This document shows positions 5,503-6,798 of a stretch of DNA of 6,798 nucleotides, piece by piece. The first letter of the stretch is position 1; the number at the start of each line of letters is the position of its first letter. The notes below the pieces were generated by a model that was not told where the DNA came from, ran no database searches, and worked only from the letters and a program-made list of their open reading frames with translations. The DNA lies in NCBI GenBank assembly GCA_048882505.1, contig JBHLRO010000055.1, positions 1-6,798 on the forward strand, given 5' to 3'. A program made the position numbers and the translations under genes. This DNA comes from Candidatus Thorarchaeota archaeon. GTDB taxonomy: Archaea; Asgardarchaeota; Heimdallarchaeia; Hodarchaeales; Hodarchaeaceae.

Positions 5503-6798
5503 ATGAGAGGTGGTGCTCTCATAGGACGGAAAACTTTCAATCGTGGTAAGTCTCAGGAATCACCCGTATTAATAGGCTTTCGCGGGGACGATCTCGTTCT
5601 ATCGAATCTATCCAAGGTACCTCCCGATATGAGAGGACTTCCCCACACATCTGAGCGGGATTTTTTCCGTTTTCTCCCATGCGATTTTTCGATTATACTT
5701 CAGCGGCTAAAGCAGGCTGGATATGACGTAGAGCTCGGGTTTTTCTGTGATTTCGCGTTGACTTTCCCTTTAACACCAACTTTTCGGCTCCGTAATTACC
5801 AGGAACAGGCAATAAGCCATTGGAAAACCCAAGGAGAGGGCCGAGGAACAGTAATCCTCCCCACAGGGGGAGGAAAGACAATCATTGGGCTGGCCGCAAT
5901 CCATTTGCTGAACGTGAGGACATTAGTGATCGTTCCAACTTTAGACCTTGTAGATCAATGGATTTCCAGATTTACATGGTTTGAAGAGTTTTCCTCGGAT
6001 TCTCGTGCGGATACAATTGGACAATATGGAGGCGGGTCTCAGATTCTTCGTGCATTGACTGTGTCCACATATGAGAGCGCACGCCTCTATTCTAAACGGT
6101 TACGAAACGAATTTGGTCTCTTGATTTTCGATGAAGTCCATCATTTAAGCGGAGAAAGATGGTCAGACATCGCCCGCGCCTATATTGCGCCTTATCGATT
6201 GGGACTGACGGCAACCTTATCAAAACAGGACATAGGATACGAACCAGTTGTTAAGTACGTGGGCCCTATCGTGTTTTCAATGGCTCCCTCCGAGCTAAAG
6301 GAAAGAGGGGCCATTGCATCTTACCAGATTAAGAAGATCCTGGTCGATCTCGACTCCGACCAACAAGCCGAATACGATGGTCAGGTGAAAATTTATCGAA
6401 ATTACATGCGACAAAAAAACTTGTACGGGAAAAAAGGGTACCAGCAACTCTTATACCGCTATCGTGAGCCCAAAGCACGTCAGGCCCTACAAGCACATCG
6501 CCTGGCCCGTAAAATCGCATTCAACGCACCAGGAAAGCTCCAGGCAATACATGACATTTTTCAGAACCATCCTGAAGAAAAAATCCTCCTTTTTTGTGAG
6601 TCTATTCCATTTGTAGAAGAAATCTCCATGCATTTTTTGATTCCCGCAATTTCGTCTAATCTGTCCTCGCAAGAAAGACAGCGAGTCCTAGAATTATTCA
6701 GTCACGGGAAGATTCGAGTTTTAGCAGCGGGAAGAGTCCTCGACGAAGGCTTGGATGTAGCGGATGCATCCATCGGGATAATAATCTCAGGTAGTGCC
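5503..6798 (+). CDS. xpb: XPB/Rad25-type superfamily 2 DNA helicase (truncated by window edge)
   Basis: Not in the ORF track. An open frame of 432 codons runs from ATG 5503 to the edge. It contains a Q motif LRNYQEQA, Walker A LPTGGGKT (5857-5880), Ia VIVPTLDLVDQW, Ib TVSTYESA, Walker B IFDEVHH (DEVH 6130-6141), III RLGLTAT, IV KILLFCE and V VLDEGLDV. It has a short N-terminal DRD-like region and a ThM-like helical insert, as in archaeal XPB. Confidence 0.92.
   Translation, partial: MRGGALIGRKTFNRGKSQESPVLIGFRGDDLVLSNLSKVPPDMRGLPHTSERDFFRFLPCDFSIILQRLKQAGYDVELGFFCDFALTFPLTPTFRLRNYQEQAISHWKTQGEGRGTVILPTGGGKTIIGLAAIHLLNVRTLVIVPTLDLVDQWISRFTWFEEFSSDSRADTIGQYGGGSQILRALTVSTYESARLYSKRLRNEFGLLIFDEVHHLSGERWSDIARAYIAPYRLGLTATLSKQDIGYEPVVKYVGPIVFSMAPSELKERGAIASYQIKKILVDLDSDQQAEYDGQVKIYRNYMRQKNLYGKKGYQQLLYRYREPKARQALQAHRLARKIAFNAPGKLQAIHDIFQNHPEEKILLFCESIPFVEEISMHFLIPAISSNLSSQERQRVLELFSHGKIRVLAAGRVLDEGLDVADASIGIIISGSA

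Noticed and set aside
5693-6672. Minus-strand ORFs 5693..5881, 6329..6520 and 6487..6672
   Set aside because: Antisense to the continuous XPB reading frame, which the ORF track missed because it has no stop codon in the window.

Overview
Archaeal-looking window with three blocks. The archaeal reading rests on a BRE/TATA promoter, GGTGA-type ribosome-binding sites and an xpb/bax1 pair; an Asgard-like origin is only a guess. (1) On the minus strand is a tightly packed operon: a Cys-rich DUF2797-family protein with a GIY-YIG-like core, then cas1, then cas2. Cas2 runs off the left edge and is missing from the ORF track. No cas4, interference gene or CRISPR array lies in the window. (2) A lower-GC two-gene module on the plus strand encodes a ribbon-helix-helix/DUF5678-like fusion and a retropepsin-like (clan AA) aspartic protease. 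(3) On the plus strand, a Bax1/DUF790 PD-(D/E)XK endonuclease abuts an XPB/Rad25-type SF2 helicase, which runs off the right edge and is also missing from the ORF track. The main lead is an uncharacterised metal-binding putative nuclease heading the cas1-cas2 adaptation operon, where Cas4 often sits. All family calls come from motif recognition by eye, not database searches.
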